From assembly GCA_963664015.2 (NCBI GenBank), contig CAXXLF010000002.1, positions 448,001-512,000 of the forward strand: a DNA stretch of 64,000 nt, in the 5' to 3' direction. This document shows positions 20,079-31,184 of the stretch, in pieces (positions within the stretch are counted from its first letter, which is position 1; each line of letters begins with the position of its first letter). A model generated the notes under the pieces. It was given only the letters and a program-made list of their open reading frames with translations. It searched no databases and was not told where the DNA came from. Origin of the DNA: Candidatus Binatia bacterium (GTDB lineage: Bacteria; Desulfobacterota; Binatia; UBA9968; CAXXLF01). Position numbers and translations under genes: made by a program.

Positions 20079-22697
20079 CTAAGCGGCTTCAGCCAGGGTA
20101 GATAAGTCAAAGGTAAGCTTGTCTTTCTTGTAATCGACGACCATCTTGGAACGCTCACGAACCTCGCCTGCCAGGATTTTCCGTCCCAAGACCGTCTCGA
20201 TTTCCCGCTGAATGAGTCGTTTGAGCGGCCGCGCACCATAGGTAGGATCGTACCCGGTCTCGGCAAGGTAATCCTTAGCCCGATCGCTCAACTGGAGCGT
20301 GATGCTACGTTCTGACAAACGGGCGCGTAGTCGTTCGAGCTGGATATCCACGATTTTTTTCAATTCTTCACGAGTCAGGCTATGGAAGACGACGATTTCG
20401 TCGACCCGATTGAGAAATTCCGGCGGGAACTGCTGCCGGAGGACCCCTAAGACCTCCCCTTTCATTTTCTCATAGCTTTCCGAATCATTTGTACCCTGAT
20501 ATCCTAGGATATGATGGCTCCCCACATTGGAGGTCATAATCACGACCGTATTCTTGAAATCCACCGTTCGTCCATGACCGTCGGTCAACTGCCCATCGTC
20601 CAGTATCTGCAACAGGACATTGAAAACGTCCGCATGGGCCTTTTCTACCTCGTCAAATAAAATGACGGAGTACGGATGCCTACGCACGGCCTCGGTAAGC
20701 TGACCTCCTTCGTCATAGCCCACGTACCCCGGAGGAGCACCAAGGAGCCGGGCTACCGTATGTTTCTCCATATACTCGGACATGTCCAGACGGATCATTT
20801 TCTTTTCATCATCAAACAGAGAAGCGGCCAGGGCCCGTCCCAATTCGGTCTTCCCAACCCCAGTAGGTCCCAAGAAGATGAAAGAACCAATGGGTCGATT
20901 GGGGTCTTTCAAACCCGAGCGGGCACGAATCACCGAGTCGGCCACCGCTTGTACGGCTTCGTCCTGCCCAACAACACGCCTATGCAGATGATCGCCCATG
21001 TGCAGGAGTTTTTCTTTCTCCCCCTCCATCAGTTTCACCACCGGGATACCCGTCCAGCGGAAAACCACATCCGCGATGTCCTCCTCGTCCACCTCTTCCT
21101 TTAACAGGCGCGCCCTTCCACCTTCCTGGAGACGAAGCTCCTCGTCCGCCAGCTCCTTTTCCAATTGCCCGAGTTTTCCATACTTGAGCTCGGCGAGTCG
21201 GTTGAGATCGTACTCCCTCTCAGCATGTTCCATGGCCCGGTGTGTTTCTTCGATGTTCCCCTTTAACTCCCGCAGATGGGAGATGGCGTTCTTCTCCACT
21301 TCCCACTGGCTTCTGAGTGTATTGGCCTTCTCCTTAAGGTCGGCGAGTTCCTTTTCCAGCTTGTCTAGCCGATCCCTGGACGCCTGGTCCTTTTCCTTCC
21401 GCAACGCCTCTCGCTCGATCTCCAGTTGCATCACCTGACGGGATACTTGATCCAACTCCACCGGCATGGAGTCGATTTCCGTCCGCAATTTGGCCCCTGC
21501 CTCGTCGACCAGATCAATAGCCTTGTCGGGTAAGAACCGGTCGCTGATATAGCGGTGGGAAAGGACTGCCGCGCTTACCAGGGCCGCATCCTTGATACGA
21601 ACGCCGTGGTGGATCTCGTATCGTTCTTTCAGACCGCGCAGGATGGAGATGGTTTCCTCCACGTTGGGTTGATCGACAACGACAGTCTGGAAGCGCCGCT
21701 CCAAAGCCCGGTCTTTTTCCACGTATTTCCGATACTCATCCAACGTGGTAGCACCGATACAATGGAGCTCGCCCCGTGCAAGCATCGGTTTCAAAAGATT
21801 ACTCGCATCCATGGCCCCCTCGGCAGCACCGGCCCCAACGACCGTATGGAGCTCGTCGATAAAGAGAATGACTTCCCCGGAAGATTCTTGTACCTCTTTC
21901 AGAACCGCCTTGAGCCTTTCCTCGAACTCTCCGCGAAACTTGGCCCCTGCAATAAGCGCCCCCATATCCAAGACGATGATGCGCTTGTTTTTGAGGCCAT
22001 CGGGAACGTCTCCTGCGACCATGCGTTGGGCCAACCCCTCGACGATGGCCGTCTTCCCAACACCTGGATCCCCGATCAGCACTGGATTGTTCTTGGTTCG
22101 TCGAGAGAGGACCTGAACTACCCGACGAATCTCCTCATCCCGGCCTATAACGGGATCGAGCTTGCCCTGGGAAGCCAGTTCGGTGAGATTACGACCGTAC
22201 CGCTCCAACACCTGATAGGTAGCCTCGGGATTTGGGCTTGTCACCCGCTGGTGCCCTCGCACCTTCTTCAGGGCCTCTAACACTCGATCACGGTTCAGGC
22301 CGGCGTCACGCAGCACACGCCCCGCCGTATCTCCCTCATCTACTATAGCTAGAAGCAGATGCTCCACACTGACGTAGTCATCCTTAAGATCCTTCGCCTC
22401 ATCCTCTGCCCGGGTCATTAACTTTACCAACCTCTGCGTAATGTAGTTCTGCTGCTGGGTTGATCCGGACCCCGATATCTGTGCGATACGGGTGAGGGCA
22501 TTTTCCAATTCCTCTTTGACCTTTGTCGGAGACACTCCCGCTTGAGTGAGGATGGAAGGAACCAAGCCCTCGGGCGAATCCACAAGGGCTGAAAGGAGAT
22601 GCTCGACGTCCACCCCTTGATGGTTTCGCTTTACAGCCAGTGTCTGCGCCTGGCCCAGCGCCGTTTGAGACTTTTCAGTAAACCGATTCAGGTCCAT
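20079..22697 (-). CDS. clpB: ATP-dependent disaggregase ClpB
   Basis: Two AAA modules ([16 protein letters not shown]), middle coiled-coil domain and GARPLKR. Confidence 0.97.
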   Translation of the reverse strand: MDLNRFTEKSQTALGQAQTLAVKRNHQGVDVEHLLSALVDSPEGLVPSILTQAGVSPTKVKEELENALTRIAQISGSGSTQQQNYITQRLVKLMTRAEDEAKDLKDDYVSVEHLLLAIVDEGDTAGRVLRDAGLNRDRVLEALKKVRGHQRVTSPNPEATYQVLERYGRNLTELASQGKLDPVIGRDEEIRRVVQVLSRRTKNNPVLIGDPGVGKTAIVEGLAQRMVAGDVPDGLKNKRIIVLDMGALIAGAKFRGEFEERLKAVLKEVQESSGEVILFIDELHTVVGAGAAEGAMDASNLLKPMLARGELHCIGATTLDEYRKYVEKDRALERRFQTVVVDQPNVEETISILRGLKERYEIHHGVRIKDAALVSAAVLSHRYISDRFLPDKAIDLVDEAGAKLRTEIDSMPVELDQVSRQVMQLEIEREALRKEKDQASRDRLDKLEKELADLKEKANTLRSQWEVEKNAISHLRELKGNIEETHRAMEHAEREYDLNRLAELKYGKLGQLEKELADEELRLQEGGRARLLKEEVDEEDIADVVFRWTGIPVVKLMEGEKEKLLHMGDHLHRRVVGQDEAVQAVADSVIRARSGLKDPNRPIGSFIFLGPTGVGKTELGRALAASLFDDEKKMIRLDMSEYMEKHTVARLLGAPPGYVGYDEGGQLTEAVRRHPYSVILFDEVEKAHADVFNVLLQILDDGQLTDGHGRTVDFKNTVVIMTSNVGSHHILGYQGTNDSESYEKMKGEVLGVLRQQFPPEFLNRVDEIVVFHSLTREELKKIVDIQLERLRARLSERSITLQLSDRAKDYLAETGYDPTYGARPLKRLIQREIETVLGRKILAGEVRERSKMVVDYKKDKLTFDLSTLAEAA

Positions 22698-23010
22698 AGC
22701 ACACTCCATTCTAACTTTTTAATAATGCCTCCACGAGTTAATCCAGCCTTCGCACCCCAGGCCCCGACGGCGAAGCCCCCCGTGGCATCCTTCCCATTTT
22801 CTACCAGGTTAAATACATCAGACTCAGCACTCTGATTTCATTGAGCTCCCATATTTCCCCTACAGAATTTAACCACGAATCCTTTATTGGCAACCCCCTC
22901 GATTAATTGCTTCTTACTATTCAAAAGCAAACAGGTTAATGGTCACGACAAATATATTTTACATTTTATTAAAATGGCATTCCCATACATCCAATCGTTT
23001 CATATCCCCC

Positions 23011-23039
23011 TTGACAGCTTATGGGACGATGCTTAACTT
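23011..23039 (+). promoter_or_regulatory. Candidate sigma70-type promoter of hsp20
   Basis: TTGACA-17 nt-TAACTT about 70 nt upstream of the start codon. Confidence 0.45.
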
Positions 23040-23111
23040 TTTGACAGGTCAAACCTGACCAGGTCGAAGAAGAACAATGAGAAGAGGAACAATCAAAGGA
23101 GGAAGAGTACA

Positions 23112-23588
23112 ATGAGAAACCTAATAAGATGGAATCCTGTTTCAGAGTTAACAAGTGGGCTCGGGGAATTTGACGATCTATACGATCGCTTTCGCGGCCG
23201 TCCATTTCGCGTAAGCCAAGAGGGTAATCAGTGGTGGCCGACCCTGGAATCCTATACTAAGGACGGCAAGGCTTTCGTGCGACTGGACTTGCCTGGTGTC
23301 GATCCGAAAGATGTGGAAGTCGTCGCGGAAGACGGCTCCCTGATCATCAGGGGGGAGCGCAAAGGGGCAAAGGAGGTGGAAGAGAAATACTACCACTATC
23401 GTGAGACCTACTTTGGAAAGTTTGAGCGGCGTCTGACCCTACCTAAAGGTACACACACCAGTAAGATTGCGGCACGCTACGACGACGGCGTCCTGGAAGT
23501 CTCCATGCCGCTCCCAACCCATCTTGCGGCCAAGAAGGTAGCGATCCAGATCGAAGGCGGCAAGAGCGAATCGAGCCAGACGGCCTGA
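23112..23588 (+). CDS. Hsp20/alpha-crystallin small heat-shock protein
   Basis: DLPGVDPKDVEV, L.IRGER, FGKFERRLTLP and A.YDDGVLEV. Confidence 0.95.
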   Translation: MRNLIRWNPVSELTSGLGEFDDLYDRFRGRPFRVSQEGNQWWPTLESYTKDGKAFVRLDLPGVDPKDVEVVAEDGSLIIRGERKGAKEVEEKYYHYRETYFGKFERRLTLPKGTHTSKIAARYDDGVLEVSMPLPTHLAAKKVAIQIEGGKSESSQTA

Positions 23589-23614
23589 GCCTAGCGCCAA
23601 AGGCGCAGTAATTA

Positions 23615-23648
23615 GGGGAACCCTTTGATCGAGGGTTCCCCTTTTTTT
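23615..23648 (+). terminator. Rho-independent terminator after hsp20
   Basis: ggggaaccct...agggttcccc stem followed by a T tract. Confidence 0.85.
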
Positions 23649-23744
23649 ATCAAATTGTTTATTCCCCCTCGAAAAATACCATGCGCCTAACTCTATGGTG
23701 GCGTCATCGACGATCACCCATTCCTCTTAAAACCGAAAATGCGT

Positions 23745-23782
23745 TCGACCATTTGGTCGAGTTTTTCGACCATAACGGCGAA
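23745..23782. promoter_or_regulatory. Candidate enhancer (two dyad sites) for the sigma54 activator
   Basis: tcgacca-tt-tggtcga palindrome followed by a degenerate copy ttcgacca-taa-cggcgaa, about 75-110 nt upstream of the -24/-12 box. Confidence 0.5.
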
Positions 23783-23854
23783 TTACATAAACCTTTTGCT
23801 TCCCGTCACCGACACAAACACTGAAATTTCAGGTTCTTGAATGGCCCGAACATG

Positions 23855-23872
23855 TTGGCACACCTGATGCAA
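23855..23872 (+). promoter_or_regulatory. Sigma54 -24/-12 promoter
   Basis: TTGGCACACCTGATGCAA has exact GG-N10-GC spacing; the operon downstream encodes a sigma54 activator. Confidence 0.75.
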
Positions 23873-23915
23873 TAGGGAATAGCATTCGAATGCAAATGAA
23901 GAGGAGGACACGGTC

Positions 23916-24347
23916 ATGAAAAGAATCATAGGTATAATCGTAGCTGGAGGAGCTCTGATCCTGTTGATCGGTGCGGCTACGGCCCACTGGGAAGGCGGGG
24001 ACGGCGGCCCAGGGAGAGGACGAGGCATAGGATACGGGATGGGATATGGAATTGGACACGGTCACGGAATGGGATGGGGTGCAGGACCCGACGATTTCCA
24101 GGGTCGGAGCGGTCCCGCCACAGAGACCGCACCCTTGACTGAGGAAAAGGCCAAGGAGCTGGCCGAGAAATACGCGGAGCAGTTTCTGGCTGGCTTCAAA
24201 GTGGAGAAGGTTCTCCCCTTCACCGGAATGCATCACACGGCTTACGCGATAGAGCTCAAGAATTCGGAGGGAGAGCTGCGGACATTCCACGTCAACCCGT
24301 TTGGTAACGTGGTGCCGTTTGGAGGCCCCTATAGGCACGGTTCGTAG
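23916..24347 (+). CDS. Exported Gly/His/Met-rich small protein (ZraP/Spy-like accessory with a PepSY-like C-terminus)
   Basis: Signal peptide; GYGMGYGIGHGHGMGWG; C-terminal LTEEKAKELA...YAIEL...FHVNPFG; GAGGAGG RBS. Confidence 0.7.
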   Translation: MKRIIGIIVAGGALILLIGAATAHWEGGDGGPGRGRGIGYGMGYGIGHGHGMGWGAGPDDFQGRSGPATETAPLTEEKAKELAEKYAEQFLAGFKVEKVLPFTGMHHTAYAIELKNSEGELRTFHVNPFGNVVPFGGPYRHGS

Positions 24348-24475
24348 AACCGAAACGAAAGGGGCTCCAAGCCCCCCGGGTCCAAATAGACCCGGAAGGC
24401 TTTTTAAGATCCGGTCCAAACCAATCAAAAGTCGATCAAAACACAGAATCAAAATATGAGGAGGAAACAGAGATT

Positions 24476-25945
24476 ATGTTTAAATCCATCAAATTAAAAA
24501 CCTTAGTGATCGCAACCTCGGCTGCATGCGTGATCGGCCTGGTGCTGAGCAGTCAGCTTGATCTTACTCGACCTATCTCCGCCGCGCCGTCACCGGCGCA
24601 GGATAACAATACTGTATCGGCGCAAACAGCCCAAACCTTACCCGACTTCGTCAGCCTGGCAAAACGCTTGAGTCCCACGGTAGTCAATATCTCCACAGTG
24701 CAGGTCAGAGAGGCGGCTCAAAGCGGGCCCAATCCCTTCGGAGAAGAGCACCCATTCAATGAATTCTGGAGAAGGTTTGGCAATCCATTGCCCAGAGGTC
24801 CTTCCCGTGAGAGGAGTTTGGGGTCCGGCTTTATCATCAGCCCCGACGGCTATATCTTGACCAATAACCATGTAGTGGAAAAGTCCGAAAGGATTGTGGT
24901 CAAGCTTTCCAACGAGCGTGAGTTCGACGCGGAAGTGGTCGGCAAGGATCCGAAGACCGACGTTGCGCTCCTGAAAATCGAATCTAAAGAGCCTCTCCCT
25001 TCGGTACCTCTCGGTGATTCGCTGGGACTTCAGGTAGGGGAATGGGTCCTGGCAATCGGTAATCCATTTGGCCTGGAACACACAGTCACGTCCGGGATTG
25101 TCAGCGCCAAGGGTAGACAGATCGGCGCCGGCCCCTACGACAACTTCATCCAGACCGACGCTTCCATCAATCCGGGAAACTCGGGCGGTCCACTGATCAA
25201 CAGGAACGGAGAAATCGTCGGGATCAACACGGCGATCTTCAGCCGGAGCGGGGGCAACATTGGAATCGGGTTCGCCATCCCGATCAATCTGGTCAAAGAG
25301 CTCTTGCCCCAACTCAAGGACAACGGAAAAGTCACCCGAGGCTGGTTAGGTGTCACGATCCAAAAAGTCACACCGGAGGTTGCGGAGGCCCTTGGGATGG
25401 CTGAGCCAAGAGGGGCACTCGTCGCTGGCCTCTCCCCCAATGGTCCGGCGAAGCGATCTGGGGTGGAGATCGGCGATGTAATCATCGAATTCGACGAAAC
25501 ACAGGTCAAAAGCTACAACGAGCTCCCCATGCTAGTTGCCCGGATAGCCGTAAATCGGAAGGTTAACCTAAAGGCCGTCAGGGACGCCAAGGAAATCAAC
25601 CTCACGGTTACCGTTGGAAAATTGAAGGAGAAACCTACCCTCGCCTCCATCGATGAGAAAGACACCCTGGGTCTCACGGTTCAAGAGGTAACCGCCGAAC
25701 TGGCGGAGCGCCTGGGACTCGACTCCCCAAAAGGAGTCGTCATTACCGCCGTTGAGTCCGGTAGCGTTGCCGAAGATTCGGGGCTTCGCCGCGGCGACGT
25801 GATCCTGAAAATTAACCGCAAGCCGATTAGAAGTCTCAAGGAATTCCTGAATGCAGCCGAGACGATAGACAACGGGAAAAGCACTCTTTTCCTCGTCTCC
25901 CGCGAGGGAACAACATTGTTTTTCGCCCTCAAGAACTTCGGCTAG
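24476..25945 (+). CDS. DegP/DegQ (HtrA) serine endoprotease with two PDZ domains
   Basis: SLGSGFII, TNNHVV, TDVAL, QTDASINPGNSGGPL and RGWLGV. Confidence 0.96.
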   Translation: MFKSIKLKTLVIATSAACVIGLVLSSQLDLTRPISAAPSPAQDNNTVSAQTAQTLPDFVSLAKRLSPTVVNISTVQVREAAQSGPNPFGEEHPFNEFWRRFGNPLPRGPSRERSLGSGFIISPDGYILTNNHVVEKSERIVVKLSNEREFDAEVVGKDPKTDVALLKIESKEPLPSVPLGDSLGLQVGEWVLAIGNPFGLEHTVTSGIVSAKGRQIGAGPYDNFIQTDASINPGNSGGPLINRNGEIVGINTAIFSRSGGNIGIGFAIPINLVKELLPQLKDNGKVTRGWLGVTIQKVTPEVAEALGMAEPRGALVAGLSPNGPAKRSGVEIGDVIIEFDETQVKSYNELPMLVARIAVNRKVNLKAVRDAKEINLTVTVGKLKEKPTLASIDEKDTLGLTVQEVTAELAERLGLDSPKGVVITAVESGSVAEDSGLRRGDVILKINRKPIRSLKEFLNAAETIDNGKSTLFLVSREGTTLFFALKNFG

Positions 25946-25988
25946 TGGCCCTGTTTCTATAGAAGGATAAAAGGTCTATATTTTGATT

Positions 25989-27752
25989 ATGAAGAAGCCG
26001 TTTTTACCACGCTACTTCATTGCGTCCGTCATTCTCCTGCTCGTTCTGGTTTCTCTCTACGTGCTTTCGGAAAGCCGGAGGCTGCAGCAGGAACTTTTAC
26101 GACAGACCTCGGCCAAGGGGATGGCCCTGGCCGAGGCCATGGAGTCGAGTGCCAAAAATGCCATCCTCGGAAATTCACTTCTGGAAAAGCTGGTCAGCGA
26201 GCGGCTTTTGGACAACGCCCGGTTAATCGATCAGCTTCTTCTCTCCGGTCCCGTAAGCAGTGACTTTCTACAAGAACTCAGTACAATGAATCGTCTTCAC
26301 AAGATCGAACTCCTCGATCAGCGTGGGCATCCCTGGGAGATCCCAGAACCACCACCCATGCCCCGGCAGATGAGAGAGATGATGGCAGAGATGGGACAGC
26401 AGATGCACAGAGGAGCCAGGCCAGAACGTCAAAGAATGATGACTTTCATGTGGGGAAGACGGTGGGTCTTACCCGGAGACCGGGACGATTCCAGAACAGA
26501 CACTCCTCCTCCGGTCACGGAACAGAAATTTTGGGAAGGAAGCGTCTTCGGCGTAGCCATCGGGGCCCGTAGCATACCGGGAATTATCGCCGTCCATGCC
26601 AATGCAGACTACATCTTAAATTTCAAAAAAGAGATCGGCGTACAGCGCCAGATCGAGGATCTGGGCCGGCAGCCGGATATCCACCACGTGGCACTGCTCG
26701 ACAACCAATACAACTACGTGGCTCATACGGACCGCAGCCTGATCGGCAAGAAGGCACCGGAGGGACCTTTCTTGAAGACCCAGGCCGGCGGTAAAACCCA
26801 CGCGGAAATCATTCAACTGGACCAGGGACGACTCTATCAGCTGGTCAAACCCATCAGTCTCAACAGCTCTCCCATGGGCTTTCTGCAGATCGGGCTTTCT
26901 CTCGAACCCATGGAGGTCGCCTGGCGAAGCAGTTTGTGGTCCATTCTGATCCTTGGAGTGGCTATCCTCGCCGTCGGGATCCTCGGTATGGCCGCCATCT
27001 TTTACAACCAGGACTCGCACCTGCGGGAGGTCAAGGCCCTGGAAGCCGAGGTCGCACGCCGCGAGAACCTGTCAGCTCTGGGAAACCTGGCGGCCACCGT
27101 CGCCCATGAGGTCCGAAACCCTCTCAATTCCATCTCCATGGGCCTGCAACGCCTGAGAGCGGAGTTTCATCCCACCGAGGACGAGGATCAATATAACCGC
27201 TTCATCGAGTTGATGCGCGGTGAGGTTCAACGTCTGAACTCCATCGTCGAGCAGTTTCTTTCTCTGGCTCGTCCCCTCGATCTAAAGTTCGAATCCATTC
27301 GGATCGGTGAATTCCTTCAGGAGTTGATGCTCCTGACCGGGGCCGACGGCGAGTCCTCCAAGGTCCAGATTCAGGTCGATGCCCGATCAAATCTCCCCGC
27401 ACTCCGGGCCGATCGAAACTACTTAAAACAGCTCCTGCTGAATTTGATCCTGAATGGGATCCAAGCCATGCCAGAGGGAGGTCCGTTGAAAATTGAGGCG
27501 GGCACGTCCCATGGGGATCTCTCCCTCACCATTTCGGATAGAGGTGTCGGGATTCCTGAAGACAAACTCTCCCGAATCTTTGAGCCCTACTACACTACCA
27601 AAACAAACGGGTCCGGACTCGGCCTCTCTATCGCGCGCAGAATTGTAGAAGCCCATAGTGGAACCATCACGGTAGAGAGCGGTGCCGAGGGAGGCAGTCG
27701 TTTTAGAATTAACCTCCCCATAGATGGACCGCCGGAAAGTAAGGAAACTTAA
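25989..27752 (+). CDS. Membrane sensor histidine kinase (ZraS/AtoS-like) with a Met-rich periplasmic segment
   Basis: Two TM segments; H-box AHEVRNPL, N-box LNLILNG, G-boxes DRGVGI and GSGLGL. Confidence 0.92.
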   Translation: MKKPFLPRYFIASVILLLVLVSLYVLSESRRLQQELLRQTSAKGMALAEAMESSAKNAILGNSLLEKLVSERLLDNARLIDQLLLSGPVSSDFLQELSTMNRLHKIELLDQRGHPWEIPEPPPMPRQMREMMAEMGQQMHRGARPERQRMMTFMWGRRWVLPGDRDDSRTDTPPPVTEQKFWEGSVFGVAIGARSIPGIIAVHANADYILNFKKEIGVQRQIEDLGRQPDIHHVALLDNQYNYVAHTDRSLIGKKAPEGPFLKTQAGGKTHAEIIQLDQGRLYQLVKPISLNSSPMGFLQIGLSLEPMEVAWRSSLWSILILGVAILAVGILGMAAIFYNQDSHLREVKALEAEVARRENLSALGNLAATVAHEVRNPLNSISMGLQRLRAEFHPTEDEDQYNRFIELMRGEVQRLNSIVEQFLSLARPLDLKFESIRIGEFLQELMLLTGADGESSKVQIQVDARSNLPALRADRNYLKQLLLNLILNGIQAMPEGGPLKIEAGTSHGDLSLTISDRGVGIPEDKLSRIFEPYYTTKTNGSGLGLSIARRIVEAHSGTITVESGAEGGSRFRINLPIDGPPESKET

Positions 27753-29123
27753 ATGGCCGATGGCTTCTGCATCCTGGTTGTCGACGATGAGGCACCCCAG
27801 CTGGAACTGATCGGCGGGTTCCTTAGAAGGCACGGCTTCGAAGTTGTCCTGGCCAACGACGGGAAAAAGGCCATAGAAACGTTCCGTCAGGAATCCTTCG
27901 ACCTGGTCATTACGGATCAAAAGATGCCAGGACTATCGGGGCTGGATCTCATCAAAGAGATTCGCACCTTGAATCCGGAGACCGCAGTTATTGTGATGAC
28001 CGCCTATGGAAGCATCGAGACCGCAGTCTCCGCCATAAAGGAAGGGGCGGCAGACTACCTGACAAAGCCTCTTAACCTTGACGAACTGCTTCACCGCATC
28101 GAAAAGGTGCGAGAACGCAATAGCCTGCTGGCAGAAAACCGCGACTTGAAAGAAGCCCTCCAGGAACGTCATCGGGTAGAGGGTATCATCGGAGAGAGCG
28201 GTCACATGCAGGAAGTCCTTTCCCTAGTGCGGCGCGTCGCTCCGAGCGAGGCAACCGTACTGATCCGTGGTGAGAGCGGAACCGGAAAAGAACTCATCGC
28301 CAAAGCCATCCACTTTGCCAGCCCTCGGGCCTCCCACCCCCTTGTCAAAGTCAATTGCGCCGCCCTACCGGAAAATCTGTTGGAATCGGAGTTGTTCGGC
28401 CACGAGAGAGGATCCTTTACGGGCGCGGTGGCCACTCGGAAGGGACGCTTCGAGGTAGCCAACGGCGGGACGCTTTTTCTCGACGAGATCGGCGACCTGC
28501 CGCTCCACCTTCAGGCCAAGCTCCTCAGGGTCCTCCAGGAAAAGGAATTTGAAAGGGTCGGCTCAAGCAGTCCCATAACGGCAGACGTCCGAATCCTTAC
28601 CGCCACTCATCGAGATCTGGAAGGCCTAATGAAAACAGGAAGATTTCGCGAAGATCTCTACTATAGGCTTAATGTTGTCACGATCATCCTCCCACCCTTA
28701 CGAGAGCGACGTCCAGACATCCCTTTTTTACTGGATTACATGCTCAAGGTCTTCCCTGAAAAGAACGGGAAGAGTATTCGTGGTTTTAGCCGGGATGCAC
28801 GAGATGTCCTACTTCGCTACGATTACCCGGGCAACGTGCGGGAACTGGAAAACATCGTCGAGCGGGCTACCGTGCTCACACGTGACGATGTCATTGGAAG
28901 AGCCGACTTGCCCCTGAGTGTCCAGACACCCGATGCGCAGGAAGAAACGGGAACCAACCTGACAGCCGTCGTCGAGGGTTTAGAGAGAAGAATGATCAAA
29001 GAGGCTCTAGCCCAATCCGACGGGGTCCAGACCCGCGCCGCCGAAAAGCTCGGCCTCACCGAACGGGCGCTTCGCTACAAGCTCAAGAAATATGGCTTCC
29101 AGGGCGAAGACCCCGAATCCTGA
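27753..29123 (+). CDS. Sigma54-dependent response regulator (NtrC/ZraR family)
   Basis: Receiver domain, GESGTGKE, ESELFGHERGSFTGA, REDLYYRLNV and Fis-type HTH. Confidence 0.96.
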   Translation: MADGFCILVVDDEAPQLELIGGFLRRHGFEVVLANDGKKAIETFRQESFDLVITDQKMPGLSGLDLIKEIRTLNPETAVIVMTAYGSIETAVSAIKEGAADYLTKPLNLDELLHRIEKVRERNSLLAENRDLKEALQERHRVEGIIGESGHMQEVLSLVRRVAPSEATVLIRGESGTGKELIAKAIHFASPRASHPLVKVNCAALPENLLESELFGHERGSFTGAVATRKGRFEVANGGTLFLDEIGDLPLHLQAKLLRVLQEKEFERVGSSSPITADVRILTATHRDLEGLMKTGRFREDLYYRLNVVTIILPPLRERRPDIPFLLDYMLKVFPEKNGKSIRGFSRDARDVLLRYDYPGNVRELENIVERATVLTRDDVIGRADLPLSVQTPDAQEETGTNLTAVVEGLERRMIKEALAQSDGVQTRAAEKLGLTERALRYKLKKYGFQGEDPES

Positions 29124-29211
29124 TCTCCCATCCAATATCCACCATTTTTCCGATTCGCTAACCGTACTATACCAACCGGTATACTCAATAGTTAGGCCTC
29201 CTTATCGACTC

Positions 29212-29469
29212 ATGAAGCTCACAATTCTGTTGATACTCACAGTTGGGTGCTGGCTGTGGCTGTGGTTCATGGTCAAGAGACCCGACAAATAGGCAACATT
29301 GGTACATACAGAAAACGCCTTCTGGGTGAGCAGAGGCATGGCGCCTGCGTCGTTGATGGAGCAGATTAAGCGCTTCGAGAAGGGACGAGGCCTGAAAGTG
29401 CTGGTTGTCACTGCGGTGGTCCTTTGCACAGTGGCGGTTGTACTGCAAATCGTCATTGAGATTTTGTAA
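29212..29469 (+). pseudogene. Small two-TM membrane protein with an in-frame TAG
   Basis: MKLTILLILTVGCWLWLWFMVKRPDK*ATLVHTENAFW...GLKVLVVTAVVLCTVAVVLQIVIEIL; the frame stays open past TAG 29290-29292. Confidence 0.5.
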
Positions 29470-29903
29470 AAATGACTGGATGTCCTAATCAAAGGCTTGA
29501 GACAGACCTTCGTCCCGCCGCTTTGTGGACGGGACTTGGCTGCTCAGCCTGAACGTCAGGTGCAAACCCATGAGGCATATGTACTCGGATAATGAGATAA
29601 GCGGGTTCTCTCTGGTGGATACTCTGTTTAGCTTGCTGCCGATCATTCTTATCGCCACCGGGATCTTGATCTTTCGCGAATATTTCGGTTGGAGACTATG
29701 GTTAGCCGTTCCAGGGGGTTTATTACTAGGTCTCATTATCATATAGGGAGATTATTTCCTTCTACCAATGATTGCCGGAAGCAAAGGCAGCACAAAGGAT
29801 AACGATTAAGTTCCATGTTACTATTGAAATACGAAGTGTCAGGGTACTGCATTCCGAGAGTTGGTCGCCGAACAATCACTCCAGCCGCAGACACATCTTT
29901 TTT

Positions 29904-30998
29904 TTAAACTCCATAGAACCGTCTGGCGTTGTCTTCTAGGATCTTCTTTTTCGCCGAGGCCGAGAGGTCGCTTCTCTGCATTAGAAATCGAGCTGTTCCT
30001 TCGCTCCTATCCGCGTGGGGATAATCGGAGGAATACATAAGTTGGTCTTCGCCGATTTCACTGGCCACACGACCAAGGAACGCTTCATTCCCTTCACAAC
30101 CAAAAACGATCCTCCCCGAACGCAGATACTCGGACGGCGGGCGGGAGATCAACTGACGGGCGTTGTAGCGGGGGTTTTCAAAATGATCATCCATGCGTTC
30201 CATATAGGAGGCCACCCAGTTGCACCCAGCTTCTAGAAATGCGAAGCGGAGTTTGGGATACCGGTCCATAAGTCCGCTACAAAGGATGCTGGTTAGTCCC
30301 GCCATAACAGGGAAAAGGCCGGCCAGGACTCGAGTCGGGAAATAATGGGGGAAGAGATCGGTTACACCGGGAAATTCCAAGCTAAAATGAACGGCGATAG
30401 GAAGTTCCAGTTGATTCGCCTCGCCAAAGAATGGATCGTGGTCCGGATGGTCCAGGCGTTTTCCTCCCACGGTGCCGTTAACCATGACGGCCGTTAGTCC
30501 TGCCTCTTTAATATATGACACCTCCCGTGCAGCTCCCGCCGGATCCTGCAGGCAAACCAATCCCACACCTTTCAATCGATCATGTGTGGCTCCGCAGATT
30601 TCACCCAACCACGTGTTGTAAGCGTGGCAAACTCCGTTTCCCAGCACTCCATCGTCTCAGGAGTTGATCTGCAAAAGAAAGCTGGGGTAGAGAAACTGTA
30701 CGTCAATGCCATCCTTGTCCATATCATCAAGTCGCTCTTTGATATTAGAAAGGGTTTGACTCCCCAGGGATGCCCGTCGGAAGTTCACCAGTTCACCGCC
30801 TGGGGGTGCAGCCGTCCCCGGATTGAAGGCTCCTGGAATTCGGGGACGGCGGTAACGGGTTCGACCGTCCATAACCCAAAATTTGTGTCCTTCGTCGTCG
30901 GATATCAGGCGGGGACGGTAGCTCCGCAAAGGAGGCTCCATGTATTTTTCAAAGACTTCCTCCGTCTCAAAGAGATGTCCATCAGCATCGATGATCAT
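29904..30998 (-). pseudogene. Amidohydrolase_2 family metal-dependent hydrolase/decarboxylase with one in-frame TGA
   Basis: IIDADGH, DMD..GID...LYPS, LEAG..W and SSDYPH; the two ORF halves are in frame across TGA 30657-30659. Confidence 0.85.
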
Positions 30999-31184
30999 GT
31001 GCTTGTTCTCCAATGGGAAGGTTGGAATCGTTTTGGAGATCGTATTCCTTACTAGGTAAAAGTCATTTGGCACGCGCTATTAATCCGTTGGCCATTAGAT
31101 CCATGCCATCACCCCGGATTCTTTAACGCCTTACGCATTCCACTCAATACAGTAGACGAGCAGTCGTTAACGATCGCAAACGGT

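Noticed and set aside
20676-22280. Long plus-strand ORFs inside clpB, and similar antisense ORFs in ccmF, htrA and copA
   Set aside because: Antisense shadow frames of well-supported genes, with no motifs of their own
22824-22852. CIRCE element upstream of clpB
   Set aside because: Only a left-half resemblance (tcagcactc); the right arm does not match GAGTGCTAA at 9-nt spacing
30657-30659. Selenocysteine at the amidohydrolase TGA
   Set aside because: The context (QINS*DDG) is not a Cys or redox motif; TGG to TGA is simpler. The same applies to the TGAs at 18229 and 58601, which lie in genes with other lesions
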